Source: Nitrospinales bacterium (GTDB lineage Bacteria; Nitrospinota; Nitrospinia; Nitrospinales; JAJDAT01). Taken from it: a stretch of DNA of 64,000 bases. The stretch is from assembly GCA_046757665.1 (NCBI GenBank), contig JBHHYO010000004.1, positions 14,395 through 78,394 of the forward strand, given 5' to 3'. The notes under the pieces were generated by a model, which was given only the letters and a program-made list of their open reading frames with translations, made no database searches and was not told the DNA's origin. Shown piece by piece: positions 1-9,034 of this stretch (position 1 is its first letter; the number at the start of each line of letters is the position of its first letter). The position numbers were made by a program, and so were the translations under genes.

Positions 1-252
1 ACCTGGGGCGGCATCGCCTGCGGCATTTTCGGACAGGAGTCCCTGGGCGGGCTCGGCGGAGTCAGCTTGACCGCCCAGCTGGTGGGTTCCGCCGCGGCAA
101 TCCTCATCGCGCTCGTTTTCGGCTTTGCGGTCTACAAGGTTTTGAACGCCTCTTTCGGCATCCGCCTGTCCAAGGACGAAGAAATGCGGGGCTCCGACCT
201 GACCATCCATAAAATCGACTCCTATCCGGAGGAGGGAATCACACGTTTTTAG
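1..252 (+). CDS. amt: Ammonium transporter (Amt family), C-terminal fragment; the 5' end lies outside the window
   Basis: Frame 1 is open from nt 1 (TWGGIACGIFGQESLGGLGG...). It encodes a last hydrophobic helix and then the tail RLSKDEEMRGSDLTIHKIDSYPEE, which is typical of Amt C-termini. Stop TAG at 250-252. Confidence 0.7.
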   Translation, partial: TWGGIACGIFGQESLGGLGGVSLTAQLVGSAAAILIALVFGFAVYKVLNASFGIRLSKDEEMRGSDLTIHKIDSYPEEGITRF

Positions 253-271
253 AACAAAACAAGGTTCGCGT

Positions 272-2515
272 ATGAAGAAAAAGCTTCAGACATTCACCCT
301 GATCGTTGCATTCCTGATAACCGCTTGCCCGGCGCGGGCGGATATTACACGGATCGACGAATACAAGAAAGCCATCGAGCTGGACGCCAACGATTACGTC
401 GCGCACTTCAGCTTGGGGAAAGCCTATCAAACCATGGGCCTTTACGAAAAAGCCATCGCCGAATTCAAAGAGGTCCTGCGCGTGGAACCCCTGTATTCTC
501 CCGCCTATTTCGCCATGGGGACCAGCTACGGAGAACTGGGCCGCTACCAGGAAGCGGTGGACACCTATCGCAACGCGATAACACTGGACCCCCTCTTCCC
601 CGAAGCCCAATACGGGCTGGGATGGGCCTACATGAAACTGGAGCAATGCGAAACGGCGGTCAAGCCCCTGGAAAAATCCATCCAACTGAACCCCGACCTG
701 CCCCAGGCGCACCAGGTCCTGGGACAATGTTACGCAACGTTGAAAAAACATGCCGACGCCATCCGGGAATTTTCCCGGGCGGCGGAGTTGAATCCCCTGT
801 TCCCGGAAGCAACCCTCGGCAAAGCCAAAAGCCTTGCCGCGTTGGGCCAGCATGACAAAGCCATCGAGGCTTATCGAAAAACGCTGGACATGAGCCCCCG
901 TTCGGAAGATGCCCTTACCGGCCTGAGCTGGTCTTACCTGCAAACCGGGCGCAACCAGGAAGCCCTCGAACCCTTGAAACAGGCTCTCGACATCAACTCC
1001 AAAAACACAACGGCCCTGAACTACCTGGGCACGGCCTATTCCAGACTGGGCCGCCACGAAGACGCCCTCGAACCACTGCGGCAATGGATCGAACTCAGCC
1101 CCATAGACCCCGAGCCCTACCTCAAACAGGGCAGGGAATATGAAGCGTTGCAACGCTACGAGGACGCCATTGAAAGCTATGACAACATCATCTTCCTCGA
1201 ACCTAAAAACATCCCCGGCCTTTTCCATATGGGACGGTCTTATGAGCAACTGAAAAAATACGACAAGGCGATCGAACAATACCGGAAGGTTCTCGAAATA
1301 AATCCGGACCATTTCGACGCTCATTTCCGCATGGCGGAAGCCCGTCGGGAAATGGGAAATTACGAGGAAGCCATCACGGCTTATAAAAACGCCATTCGCA
1401 TCGACCCCGGCAACGTCTCCGCCTATTCCGGCCTGAGTTGGACCTACAGCAAAATGAAACGCTTCCCGGAAGCCCTGGAAAGCTATACGCAGGCTTTGGA
1501 AATCGACCCCGATTCTGCCCTGGCCCATTACAACCTGGGAGTCACCTACGGCGAACTGAACCGGTACCGGGACGCGGTTGCGCCCTTGAAGGAAGCGATT
1601 CGATTAAACCCGGATTTCTCCAAGGCCTATTACCAGCTTGGGGTGAGTTACATTCGGCTGGGTGAATTTGATCAAGCTTTGGCGCCGCTTCAACGCGCGG
1701 CCAGCATCGAGCCCGAAAACGCCCTGCCCCAATTCGGCCTGGGCCGGGTTTACAGCGAAAAGAAAGACTACCGGAAAGCCATCGAGTCGCTGGAAAATTC
1801 CGTTCAATTAGATTCCGCCCTTACCGCCGCCCAAATCCTGCTGGGCATCAATTATCTGAGAGCGAAAAATTACGCCGCGGCGGTCGGGTCCCTGGAAACT
1901 GCCGTCCGTCTGCAACCCGGCGATGCCATCGCCCACAACAACCTGGGAACGGCTTATTGGAAACTGAGCCGTCCCCATGACGCCATCGCCGAATTTAAAA
2001 AAGCCGTCGAGATTGATCCGAACTATGCCGAGGCTTTCAACAACCTGGGACGGATGCACGCCCTCCTGGACAAAAACGCGGAGGCCATCGACTTCTTCCG
2101 CAAGGCGATTGAAATCGATCCGAACTACGCCGAGGCCCATTACCATCTGGGGCTGGCGTATGAAATCCTCGGCCGCTACGAGGAATCCATCCGCGAATAC
2201 CGGGAAACCGCCCGTATCGACCCCGGCAACGCCGACGTCTTGATCAGCCTGGGCTGGGCGTATGGGGAAACCAGGCGGTATCGGGAAGCTATCGAGCCGC
2301 TCAAGCGCGCTATCCGCATCGACCCCAACAACGCCGACGCCTACTTCAGCCTGGGCTGGACCTATGGCGAGCTAAAGCAATACCAGAAGGCGATTCCTCC
2401 CTTGAAGGAAGCCTTGCGGATCAACCAAAACCACACCGGCGCCCACTCCCGCCTGGAAATGGCCTACAGCCAATTGCAAAAACAGGGCGAAATCACTATC
2501 CAGCCCGCCAGGTAA
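272..2515 (+). CDS. TPR-repeat lipoprotein (747 aa, about 20 tandem 34-aa TPR units)
   Basis: ATG at 272 is preceded by AAGG. The N-terminus MKKKLQTFTLIVAFLITAC carries a lipobox (I-T-A-C). The rest is continuous TPR units with recurring A-Y-x-x-L-G and A-I-x-I-D-P-N-x-A-x-A signatures. Confidence 0.85.
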   Translation: MKKKLQTFTLIVAFLITACPARADITRIDEYKKAIELDANDYVAHFSLGKAYQTMGLYEKAIAEFKEVLRVEPLYSPAYFAMGTSYGELGRYQEAVDTYRNAITLDPLFPEAQYGLGWAYMKLEQCETAVKPLEKSIQLNPDLPQAHQVLGQCYATLKKHADAIREFSRAAELNPLFPEATLGKAKSLAALGQHDKAIEAYRKTLDMSPRSEDALTGLSWSYLQTGRNQEALEPLKQALDINSKNTTALNYLGTAYSRLGRHEDALEPLRQWIELSPIDPEPYLKQGREYEALQRYEDAIESYDNIIFLEPKNIPGLFHMGRSYEQLKKYDKAIEQYRKVLEINPDHFDAHFRMAEARREMGNYEEAITAYKNAIRIDPGNVSAYSGLSWTYSKMKRFPEALESYTQALEIDPDSALAHYNLGVTYGELNRYRDAVAPLKEAIRLNPDFSKAYYQLGVSYIRLGEFDQALAPLQRAASIEPENALPQFGLGRVYSEKKDYRKAIESLENSVQLDSALTAAQILLGINYLRAKNYAAAVGSLETAVRLQPGDAIAHNNLGTAYWKLSRPHDAIAEFKKAVEIDPNYAEAFNNLGRMHALLDKNAEAIDFFRKAIEIDPNYAEAHYHLGLAYEILGRYEESIREYRETARIDPGNADVLISLGWAYGETRRYREAIEPLKRAIRIDPNNADAYFSLGWTYGELKQYQKAIPPLKEALRINQNHTGAHSRLEMAYSQLQKQGEITIQPAR

Positions 2516-2613
2516 GCGGGCTGCGCCGGATAAACTTTTCCTGACCTTGCCGCCAACGGGGTTCGGTCGCCGCGCGGGGCCGCTGTCAGGCGAACTCCGC
2601 CACGGCACACCAA

Positions 2614-3789
2614 ATGAAAATACTCGAAGACTTCATAAAGAAAGAATCCGCGAGCGGCATCCTGCTGATATTTGCGACTGCTTTGGCATTAGTATTAAGC
2701 AACACACCCCTGTCGGCGACCTACGAAGCCTTTTTACATATCCCCGTAGAAATCCGAATTGGCGCACTGCATCTCGACAAGTCGCTTTACCATTGGATCA
2801 ATGACGGCTTGATGTCTATTTTCTTTTTGCTGATCGGCCTGGAAGTAAAAAGAGAAATACTGGAAGGTCATTTATCATCTTTAAGCCAAATCATATTACC
2901 CGGAGTCGCCGCTGTCGGCGGGATGGCCGTTCCGGCGGCAATCTATTTAATATTTAACCAAAGCAATCCTGTCGCTGTCGGCGGGTGGGCAATACCCACC
3001 GCCACGGACATCGCTTTTGCATTGGGCATTCTCTCCCTGCTGGGTAACCGGGTTCCCGTTTCACTTAAAATATTTTTAATGGCATTAGCCATTATTGACG
3101 ATTTGGGGGCCATCGTCATCATTGCTATTTTTTATACAACCGAGTTGTCCACCTTATCCATTGCTGTTGCAGCCATCGCTTTGACTGCCTTAATCACCCT
3201 CAATATATTTGGCGTTGCAAAAAAAGCCGCGTACTTCATTGTCGGCACGGTATTATGGGTGAGCATTCTTAAATCCGGGGTCCATGCCACATTGGCCGGT
3301 GTCGCGCTGGCATTTTCAATTCCGCTGAACGCAAAAGATGAAGACAACCGGGCCATTTCACCGGTAAAAGAGATCGAACACGATATTCATTTTTGGGTGG
3401 CGTTTTTCATCCTGCCCCTGTTTGCTTTCGTCAATGCGGGCGTAAACGTGACGCAAATATCTTTTAGCCAAATGGCCGGTTCCGTACCGTTGGGCATCAT
3501 GCTTGGGTTATTTGCCGGCAAGCAACTCGGTGTTTTCGGTTTCAGTTGGCTGGTCATAAAACTTAAATGGGCAGAGCTGCCAAAAGACAGCAACTGGACA
3601 CAGCTTTACGGCATCTCCGTATTAACGGGCATCGGGTTCACCATGAGTCTATTTATTATTTCGTTAGCATTTGTAGATGACGCCATTTTTCAATACACCG
3701 ACAAACTGGCCGTACTGGTAGGGTCATTTGTCTCAGGCATTGTCGGGTACCTGGTGCTGAAAATAGGCAAAAGCGCACAGCAGAACTAA
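2614..3789 (+). CDS. nhaA: Na+/H+ antiporter NhaA
   Basis: 391 aa polytopic protein. Motifs WINDGLMSIFFLLIGLEVKRE and LAIIDDLGAIVIIAIFYT (the Asp-Asp pair) are characteristic of NhaA. Confidence 0.9.
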   Translation: MKILEDFIKKESASGILLIFATALALVLSNTPLSATYEAFLHIPVEIRIGALHLDKSLYHWINDGLMSIFFLLIGLEVKREILEGHLSSLSQIILPGVAAVGGMAVPAAIYLIFNQSNPVAVGGWAIPTATDIAFALGILSLLGNRVPVSLKIFLMALAIIDDLGAIVIIAIFYTTELSTLSIAVAAIALTALITLNIFGVAKKAAYFIVGTVLWVSILKSGVHATLAGVALAFSIPLNAKDEDNRAISPVKEIEHDIHFWVAFFILPLFAFVNAGVNVTQISFSQMAGSVPLGIMLGLFAGKQLGVFGFSWLVIKLKWAELPKDSNWTQLYGISVLTGIGFTMSLFIISLAFVDDAIFQYTDKLAVLVGSFVSGIVGYLVLKIGKSAQQN

Positions 3790-3876
3790 CCCCACCGAAG
3801 CATCCTGTCCGCCGCCGGATTCGGCAAGCGTTGCCGGGAGCGCCGGTTACATGATCCTCTCCCACCGGATATCGGG

Positions 3877-5859
3877 CTATTCGCTGAACTTGACCAATCC
3901 TCCCCAGACGTACATTTTGCGGCGGTCTTTCTTAATTTCCAACCAGGGCTTGCCGTTATGCAGGGACTTTAATTTCCGCAGGAGAAGCAGGCGTTCGCCC
4001 TTGCGGGCGGTGGCTGTTTGCGGGAATTTCACGCCGGGGCCTTTCTTCAACGTCACACCGTCGATCAGGGCGACGACGAATTTTTGTTCCTTCTCCGGTT
4101 CCGTAGCGGGTGCCGCGGGGGCGGGTTCGCTGACCTGCGGCGCGGAAGGCAAGTCCAGCTCGGTTTCCGAAGAAGCTTCCGGCAGGGAAATTTTGGGAAC
4201 GTCCGGAACGGCGGGCGGACGAATATCCACCGTCTCCGCGAACGCCGTTTTTGCCGATGGCGCTTGCGGCGGCGCCGGCGGGCTCGGCGGTTTGGGCCGC
4301 TCCGGAGCCTTGTCCGCTATCGACGACGGCTTCGGCTCCGGAGCCACCGACGCAACTTGCGGCGCCGCATCCGAAAACTTGACGAAAATGGGATTGGATA
4401 TCAGATAACTTTCCGTACTCACCTCGGCCTTCAGACGGTAATACACCTTGCCCTCGCGCTTGATGTTCATGTCCCGCCAAACCAGTTCATACGGCATGGT
4501 AACGATTTCTTTCTTGACCACTTCCCCGTCGCGGATGACGGACAACTCCACCCAGTCCGGAATGCCGTTGGTCAAGCGAAGGTTCACCTTCAGTTCCGGA
4601 AAGTTTTTCGTAACCAATTCATCGCCCATGACCGCCTCCCGGCCCGCCGCCTTCGCCTTGTCGGAAATGGTGAAATTGTCCAGCGAGAGGCGGAACTCGT
4701 CAGGTTGTTTCACCGCATACATCCTGCCCCGGCGCATGGCGTCGAGAACCGCTTTTCGGCTTTTTTCCTTCACCAGCAGAATGGTTCGAACGCCGCCCAG
4801 GGCGCGGCCGTTTTCGCCCTCGCACTGAAAATCATTTCCCCCGTACCCCCAAACCGGATGTGCCCGCTCTCCGCGCACGTATTGCAGGAGAACCTGGTCC
4901 CACTCCCTGCCCGGATCCGTCACGTGAATCTTGCCGTCGTAAACAGCTTCAAAACCGGTATAGTTCTTCGACAACAAAAGATCGCGCGGATGAGGGGGCG
5001 TGTCCAGGCCTACGGAATCCTTTTTGCCCACGCCGGCGGTCGACTCCAAATGGTTCCAGAAAACCATAGCGTCATGCGCAACCGCATAGTCGATCGTTTC
5101 CTGATACGGAGCAATTCCCTTGTCGCCGCCATACTGGTCAAAGGGGGAACTTTTGAACGGGTGATTGTTAACCGCCAGCAACAGAAAAACCACCGTGAAG
5201 AAAAAAGAAGTCTTCCGCCAAACCCTTTTGTAAAAAAGTCCGGCGCTGATCAAAAAAAGAACGGCCAGCACCAGAAACGACGGGCCGTAGCGGTCAATAT
5301 ATTTCGTGGAAAAATTACTGTTCAGAACCGGCAGTCGCTCATATTCCGAGGCGGAATTCAACCCGACGATCAGCAGATGCTTGTCCCAGTTGTGAGCCGT
5401 CAGGTTTTTATCGACCAGGTTCCCCGTCCAGTAATAAAACGGCGCACTTTCAACCGCCGGCACCAGCAGGGTTTCCGGAAACGTTTTATCGTTGGTGTTG
5501 ATTTCCGCAAGGTAAGCCGAAGCGCCGGAAGTGAGGATGGAATATTGTTCCTTTTTCTTTTTGACGATCCTTTCAAAAGGAAAAATTCCATACTCCAGGG
5601 ACATCCTGTCCCGGTCGCTGTAGATCACTACGTCGATGCCGCGGTGTTGCGCGATATTGGCCAACTCCTGCACCGAGGAACAGCCCGAACTGAACCGGGT
5701 TTTGACATCCGCCACCGCGTCGAGCTGAATATATTTTCCCAGAGCCGCGGCGGGAGCGGCGGCTTCCATAACAAGAAAGCCGATCAGGCCGGCCAGGCAA
5801 AGCCCCCAGCCTTGCAAAACACGCCGTTGCCATAATGAACAGTTAAAACACAACGTCAA
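3877..5859 (-). CDS. Membrane protein with a PHP-like (degenerate) N-terminal region, a Pro/Ala-rich linker and a C-terminal bacterial SH3-like domain
   Basis: TTG start at 5859 with GAGGAG 8 nt upstream. The signal/anchor is WGLCLAGLIGFLVMEAAAPAAA, and there are two internal TM helices (FLVLAVLFLISAGLF, FFFTVVFLLLAV). The low-complexity P/A/S/E linker maps to about 4084-4371. The C-terminus KFVVALIDGVTLKKGPGVKFP...KGERLLLL...GKPWLEIK...YVWGGLV fits the SH3b pattern. Confidence 0.6.
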   Translation of the reverse strand: MTLCFNCSLWQRRVLQGWGLCLAGLIGFLVMEAAAPAAALGKYIQLDAVADVKTRFSSGCSSVQELANIAQHRGIDVVIYSDRDRMSLEYGIFPFERIVKKKKEQYSILTSGASAYLAEINTNDKTFPETLLVPAVESAPFYYWTGNLVDKNLTAHNWDKHLLIVGLNSASEYERLPVLNSNFSTKYIDRYGPSFLVLAVLFLISAGLFYKRVWRKTSFFFTVVFLLLAVNNHPFKSSPFDQYGGDKGIAPYQETIDYAVAHDAMVFWNHLESTAGVGKKDSVGLDTPPHPRDLLLSKNYTGFEAVYDGKIHVTDPGREWDQVLLQYVRGERAHPVWGYGGNDFQCEGENGRALGGVRTILLVKEKSRKAVLDAMRRGRMYAVKQPDEFRLSLDNFTISDKAKAAGREAVMGDELVTKNFPELKVNLRLTNGIPDWVELSVIRDGEVVKKEIVTMPYELVWRDMNIKREGKVYYRLKAEVSTESYLISNPIFVKFSDAAPQVASVAPEPKPSSIADKAPERPKPPSPPAPPQAPSAKTAFAETVDIRPPAVPDVPKISLPEASSETELDLPSAPQVSEPAPAAPATEPEKEQKFVVALIDGVTLKKGPGVKFPQTATARKGERLLLLRKLKSLHNGKPWLEIKKDRRKMYVWGGLVKFSE

Positions 5860-6008
5860 TCCACCATCTCCTCATTTCAGATTATTGAACCGAAGATTTT
5901 CTCTCATCATCAATCAGATTCTTTTTTTCCGCCTGTTCCGCTCCCCGGCTTTACTTGGCCGACCAGCCATATTACTATAGTCTGCATGTAATCAAGGAGA
6001 TATTTATT

Positions 6009-6887
6009 ATGATAAAAGTTCGTGCCAGCCAGATTTTCACGCGCACCGTGGACAAGGCGGTGGCCGCCAAAAAAGACTTGGATGTCGGAGTCTCGTTTGT
6101 GGACGCCGTCGAAAAGTACAGCGACTGTCCTTCCAAAAAAAACAAGGGCGACCTCGGATGGGTGACCGACTTGAACCTGAAGTCCCTTTTGGGAGAAGGG
6201 TTGATGCCGGACCATAAGGGGGAAGTCATCGGCCCCATTCACTCACAATACGGTTATCACATTCTGATGATCACCGACATCCAGATGGAAAAGCCGTCCG
6301 GCACGGAAGGTCCCTTTACCTTGGACACGCCCATGGTTCGATTGCGGGAAACCTTCCCCGAGGCCGACTCCCCGCTGTTCGCAAACTTTAGAATCGGCCT
6401 GCCCGTTGCCGGCTATGAACCGGAGGCGACTATCGAATCCGTTTGCCGGGAACACGGCAAGTCCGGAGACCAGGCCGTTGAAGTTTTGAATTTTTTAAAC
6501 TCCGAGTACCAAAAGAAAACCAGCTTCATCAGTCCGGAGGATTTACAGCGCAAAATCCAGTCCGGAGAGGCGCCGGTTATTCTCGACATCCGCGAGCAAT
6601 GGGAGCGGGACATCGTCTGCCTGCAAGGCGCAAAACCCGTCAGCCGGGACAACTGCGCCGCCATCCTGAACGATCTCGACAAAACGGCGGAAATCGTTCT
6701 CGTGGACTGGAAGGGAGAACGGGTGGCCAGTTTCAGGCAATGGTTGCAAGGCCAGGGGTTTGGCCACGTCCGTAGCCTGCGCGGCGGCATTGACGCCTGG
6801 GCGGCGGAAATCGAACCCCGCTTGAACCGGTATGAAATCGACGAGGACGACGGCTACCGCTATGAAGATATCACCGAGGAAAAGTAA
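6009..6887 (+). CDS. Parvulin-type peptidyl-prolyl isomerase fused to a DUF1858-like segment and a rhodanese-homology domain
   Basis: ATG at 6009 is preceded by AAGGAG; the track ORF starts earlier, at 5955. The PpiC motifs are SDCPSKKNKGDLGWV and SQYGYHILMITD. The C-terminal rhodanese pattern is VILDIRE...IVLVDWKGERV...VRSLRGGIDAW. Confidence 0.8.
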   Translation: MIKVRASQIFTRTVDKAVAAKKDLDVGVSFVDAVEKYSDCPSKKNKGDLGWVTDLNLKSLLGEGLMPDHKGEVIGPIHSQYGYHILMITDIQMEKPSGTEGPFTLDTPMVRLRETFPEADSPLFANFRIGLPVAGYEPEATIESVCREHGKSGDQAVEVLNFLNSEYQKKTSFISPEDLQRKIQSGEAPVILDIREQWERDIVCLQGAKPVSRDNCAAILNDLDKTAEIVLVDWKGERVASFRQWLQGQGFGHVRSLRGGIDAWAAEIEPRLNRYEIDEDDGYRYEDITEEK

Positions 6888-6944
6888 CGACTCCGTGCGC
6901 CGCAAACCACAACCCGTCCGCCCATCCCCGGAACCGTTTTCCCG

Positions 6945-7925
6945 ATGACCGCCCTCCTCGCCATTGAAAACCTGGGCGCGTCTTTTGACACCGATGGCGG
7001 CGTGGTGCGCGCCGTGCGCGGCGTGGACCTGACCATCCAACCCTCGGAAACCCTGGCGCTGGTCGGCGAATCGGGTTGCGGCAAGTCCGTCAGCGCCCTC
7101 AGCATCATGCGGCTGATTCCCAGCCCCCCCGGCCGGTTCGACTCGGGCCGGATTCTGCTCAAGGGCCGCAACCTGCTTTCCGCCACCGAGGAGGAGATGC
7201 GTAAAATCCGCGGCAACGACATCGGCATGATTTTCCAGGAGCCGATGACATCCCTCAACCCCATTTTCACCATCGGCGATCAAATCGCGGAAGTCATCAT
7301 CCTGCATCAGAACAAAAGCGAGAGCGAAGCGCGCGCCATGACCCTGGACATGTTACGCAAGGTGGCCATCCCCTCGCCGGAGCAACGAATCGACCAATAC
7401 CCGCACGAACTGTCCGGAGGCATGAAGCAACGGGTCATGATCGCCATGGCCATCGCTTGCCGCCCGGCCCTGCTCATTGCCGACGAACCGACCACGGCGC
7501 TGGACGTTACCATTCAGGCGCAAATTCTCGATTTGCTGGCGTCCCTGCAATCGGAAATTCAAATGTCGATCCTGTTGATCACGCACAATTTAGGCATCGT
7601 CGCGGAATACGCGGACCGGGTGGCGGTCATGTATGCCGGGAAAATCGTCGAGGAAACCTCAACCGGCCAACTGTTCGAATCTCCCGCCCATCCTTACACG
7701 CAGGGCCTGCTGAAATCCATTCCCCGAAACGAACCGGGCAGTCCGCTGGATCCGATTCCAGGCGCGGTTCCCCATCCCGCTCATTTGCCCTCCGGATGCG
7801 CCTTTCATCCGCGCTGTTCCCAGGCGATGCCGCATTGTAAAGAAAAAATCCCCCCTCTCGTAAAGATCCCCGGATCGCAAACCCATCACCAAACCGCCTG
7901 CTGGCTTTACGAAAATGGACAATGA
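6945..7925 (+). CDS. oppD: ABC transporter ATP-binding protein, oligopeptide/dipeptide (OppD/DppD) type
   Basis: Walker A GESGCGKS, signature LSGGMKQR, Walker [13 protein letters not shown]. The C-terminal Opp-type extension carries Cys residues ([17 protein letters not shown]...ACW). Confidence 0.85.
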   Translation: MTALLAIENLGASFDTDGGVVRAVRGVDLTIQPSETLALVGESGCGKSVSALSIMRLIPSPPGRFDSGRILLKGRNLLSATEEEMRKIRGNDIGMIFQEPMTSLNPIFTIGDQIAEVIILHQNKSESEARAMTLDMLRKVAIPSPEQRIDQYPHELSGGMKQRVMIAMAIACRPALLIADEPTTALDVTIQAQILDLLASLQSEIQMSILLITHNLGIVAEYADRVAVMYAGKIVEETSTGQLFESPAHPYTQGLLKSIPRNEPGSPLDPIPGAVPHPAHLPSGCAFHPRCSQAMPHCKEKIPPLVKIPGSQTHHQTACWLYENGQ

Positions 7926-8919
7926 CTCCATGAAACCCTTACTGAAAGTCCAATCCCTGAAAAAGTTTTTCCCCATTTACGGCGGCCTGCTGTCCAAGCC
8001 CGTAAACCAGGTCAAGGCAGTCAACGGTGTCTCATTTGAAATCGCCCGGGGCGAAACGCTGGGTCTCGTGGGAGAATCCGGTTGCGGCAAAACCACCGTC
8101 GGGCGCATGACCATCAACCTCCTGGAACCCACTTCCGGAAAAGTGTATTTTGACGGAATCGACCTGCCGACCCTCAGCGAAAAAAAGTTGTTTCCCTTGA
8201 GGCGGCGGATGCAGATCATCTTTCAAGACCCTTACAGCTCGCTCAATCCCCGGTTTACGGTGGAACGCATCATCGGCGAAGCCATGTTGATTCACAAGAA
8301 AGCGACGCGCCATGACGTCAAAAAAAAAATCGGCGCCATCATGGAACGTGTCGGCCTGTCCCCGGTATATATGAAACGTTATCCGCACGAGTTTTCCGGC
8401 GGACAAAGACAGCGCATCGGCATTGCCCGGGCTTTGGCTCTCGATCCCGAATACATCGTCTGTGACGAGCCGGTATCGGCGCTGGACGTTTCCATCCAGG
8501 CGCAGATCATCAACCTGTTACAAAAACTCCAGGGAGAATTTAACCTGTCCCTGTTGTTCATTTCCCATGACCTGAACGTCGTCAAGCATCTGTCGCACCG
8601 AACCGCGGTCATGTATCTGGGGCGGCTGGTGGAGATCGCCCCTACGGCTGTTTTGAACCGCGAGGCCGCCCACCCGTACACCCAGGCCCTGCTGGCATCC
8701 AATCCCTTGACGGACCCAAAAAAACGAAGGCCGCGCATTGTGTTAAAAGGAGACGTCCCATCGCCGCTGAACCCGCCCAGCGGCTGTCATTTTCATCCCC
8801 GTTGTCCTCAGGTAATGGATCACTGCCGCACCACCGCCCCGCGACCCATAAAACTGAGCGATAACCACATCGTGGAATGCCATTTGTATGAACCGGCCCC
8901 GAGCGAAAGTCCAAAATAA
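7915..8919 (+). CDS. oppF: ABC transporter ATP-binding protein, oligopeptide/dipeptide (OppF/DppF) type
   Basis: Overlaps oppD by 11 nt. Walker A GESGCGKT, signature FSGGQRQR, Walker [14 protein letters not shown]-terminal motif [17 protein letters not shown]...ECH. Confidence 0.85.
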   Translation: MDNDSMKPLLKVQSLKKFFPIYGGLLSKPVNQVKAVNGVSFEIARGETLGLVGESGCGKTTVGRMTINLLEPTSGKVYFDGIDLPTLSEKKLFPLRRRMQIIFQDPYSSLNPRFTVERIIGEAMLIHKKATRHDVKKKIGAIMERVGLSPVYMKRYPHEFSGGQRQRIGIARALALDPEYIVCDEPVSALDVSIQAQIINLLQKLQGEFNLSLLFISHDLNVVKHLSHRTAVMYLGRLVEIAPTAVLNREAAHPYTQALLASNPLTDPKKRRPRIVLKGDVPSPLNPPSGCHFHPRCPQVMDHCRTTAPRPIKLSDNHIVECHLYEPAPSESPK

Positions 8920-9034
8920 ATCGTCAGGCTTTTCCTGAAAAAACGTGTACCCTGATCACTGGGCTCTCAAGAAAACCCGGGCCGGGATGCCTCGATGAAC
9001 GGGCTGAATTCAATGAAACAAGGACACTTGAACA

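Noticed and set aside
239-1528. A 429-aa ORF on the minus strand, antisense to the TPR lipoprotein gene.
   Set aside because: Its composition (G/R/V/F-rich, no motifs) is typical of a shadow ORF opposite a real gene in GC-rich DNA. The plus-strand product has a clear lipobox and TPR periodicity.
272-2515. The 102-nt periodicity of the TPR gene, and of the TPR parts of 46718-54853, considered as a tandem DNA repeat or CRISPR-like array.
   Set aside because: The periodicity is at the protein level (34-aa TPR units). The nucleotide copies are divergent and there is no repeat/spacer structure. No CRISPR array exists anywhere in the window.
4018-5835. A 605-aa plus-strand ORF (with 3851-4408 and 3956-4480) overlapping the PHP-like/SH3 gene.
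   Set aside because: It is Arg/Gln/His-rich low-complexity sequence with no start context. The minus-strand frame has an SD, TM helices and an SH3b-like domain.
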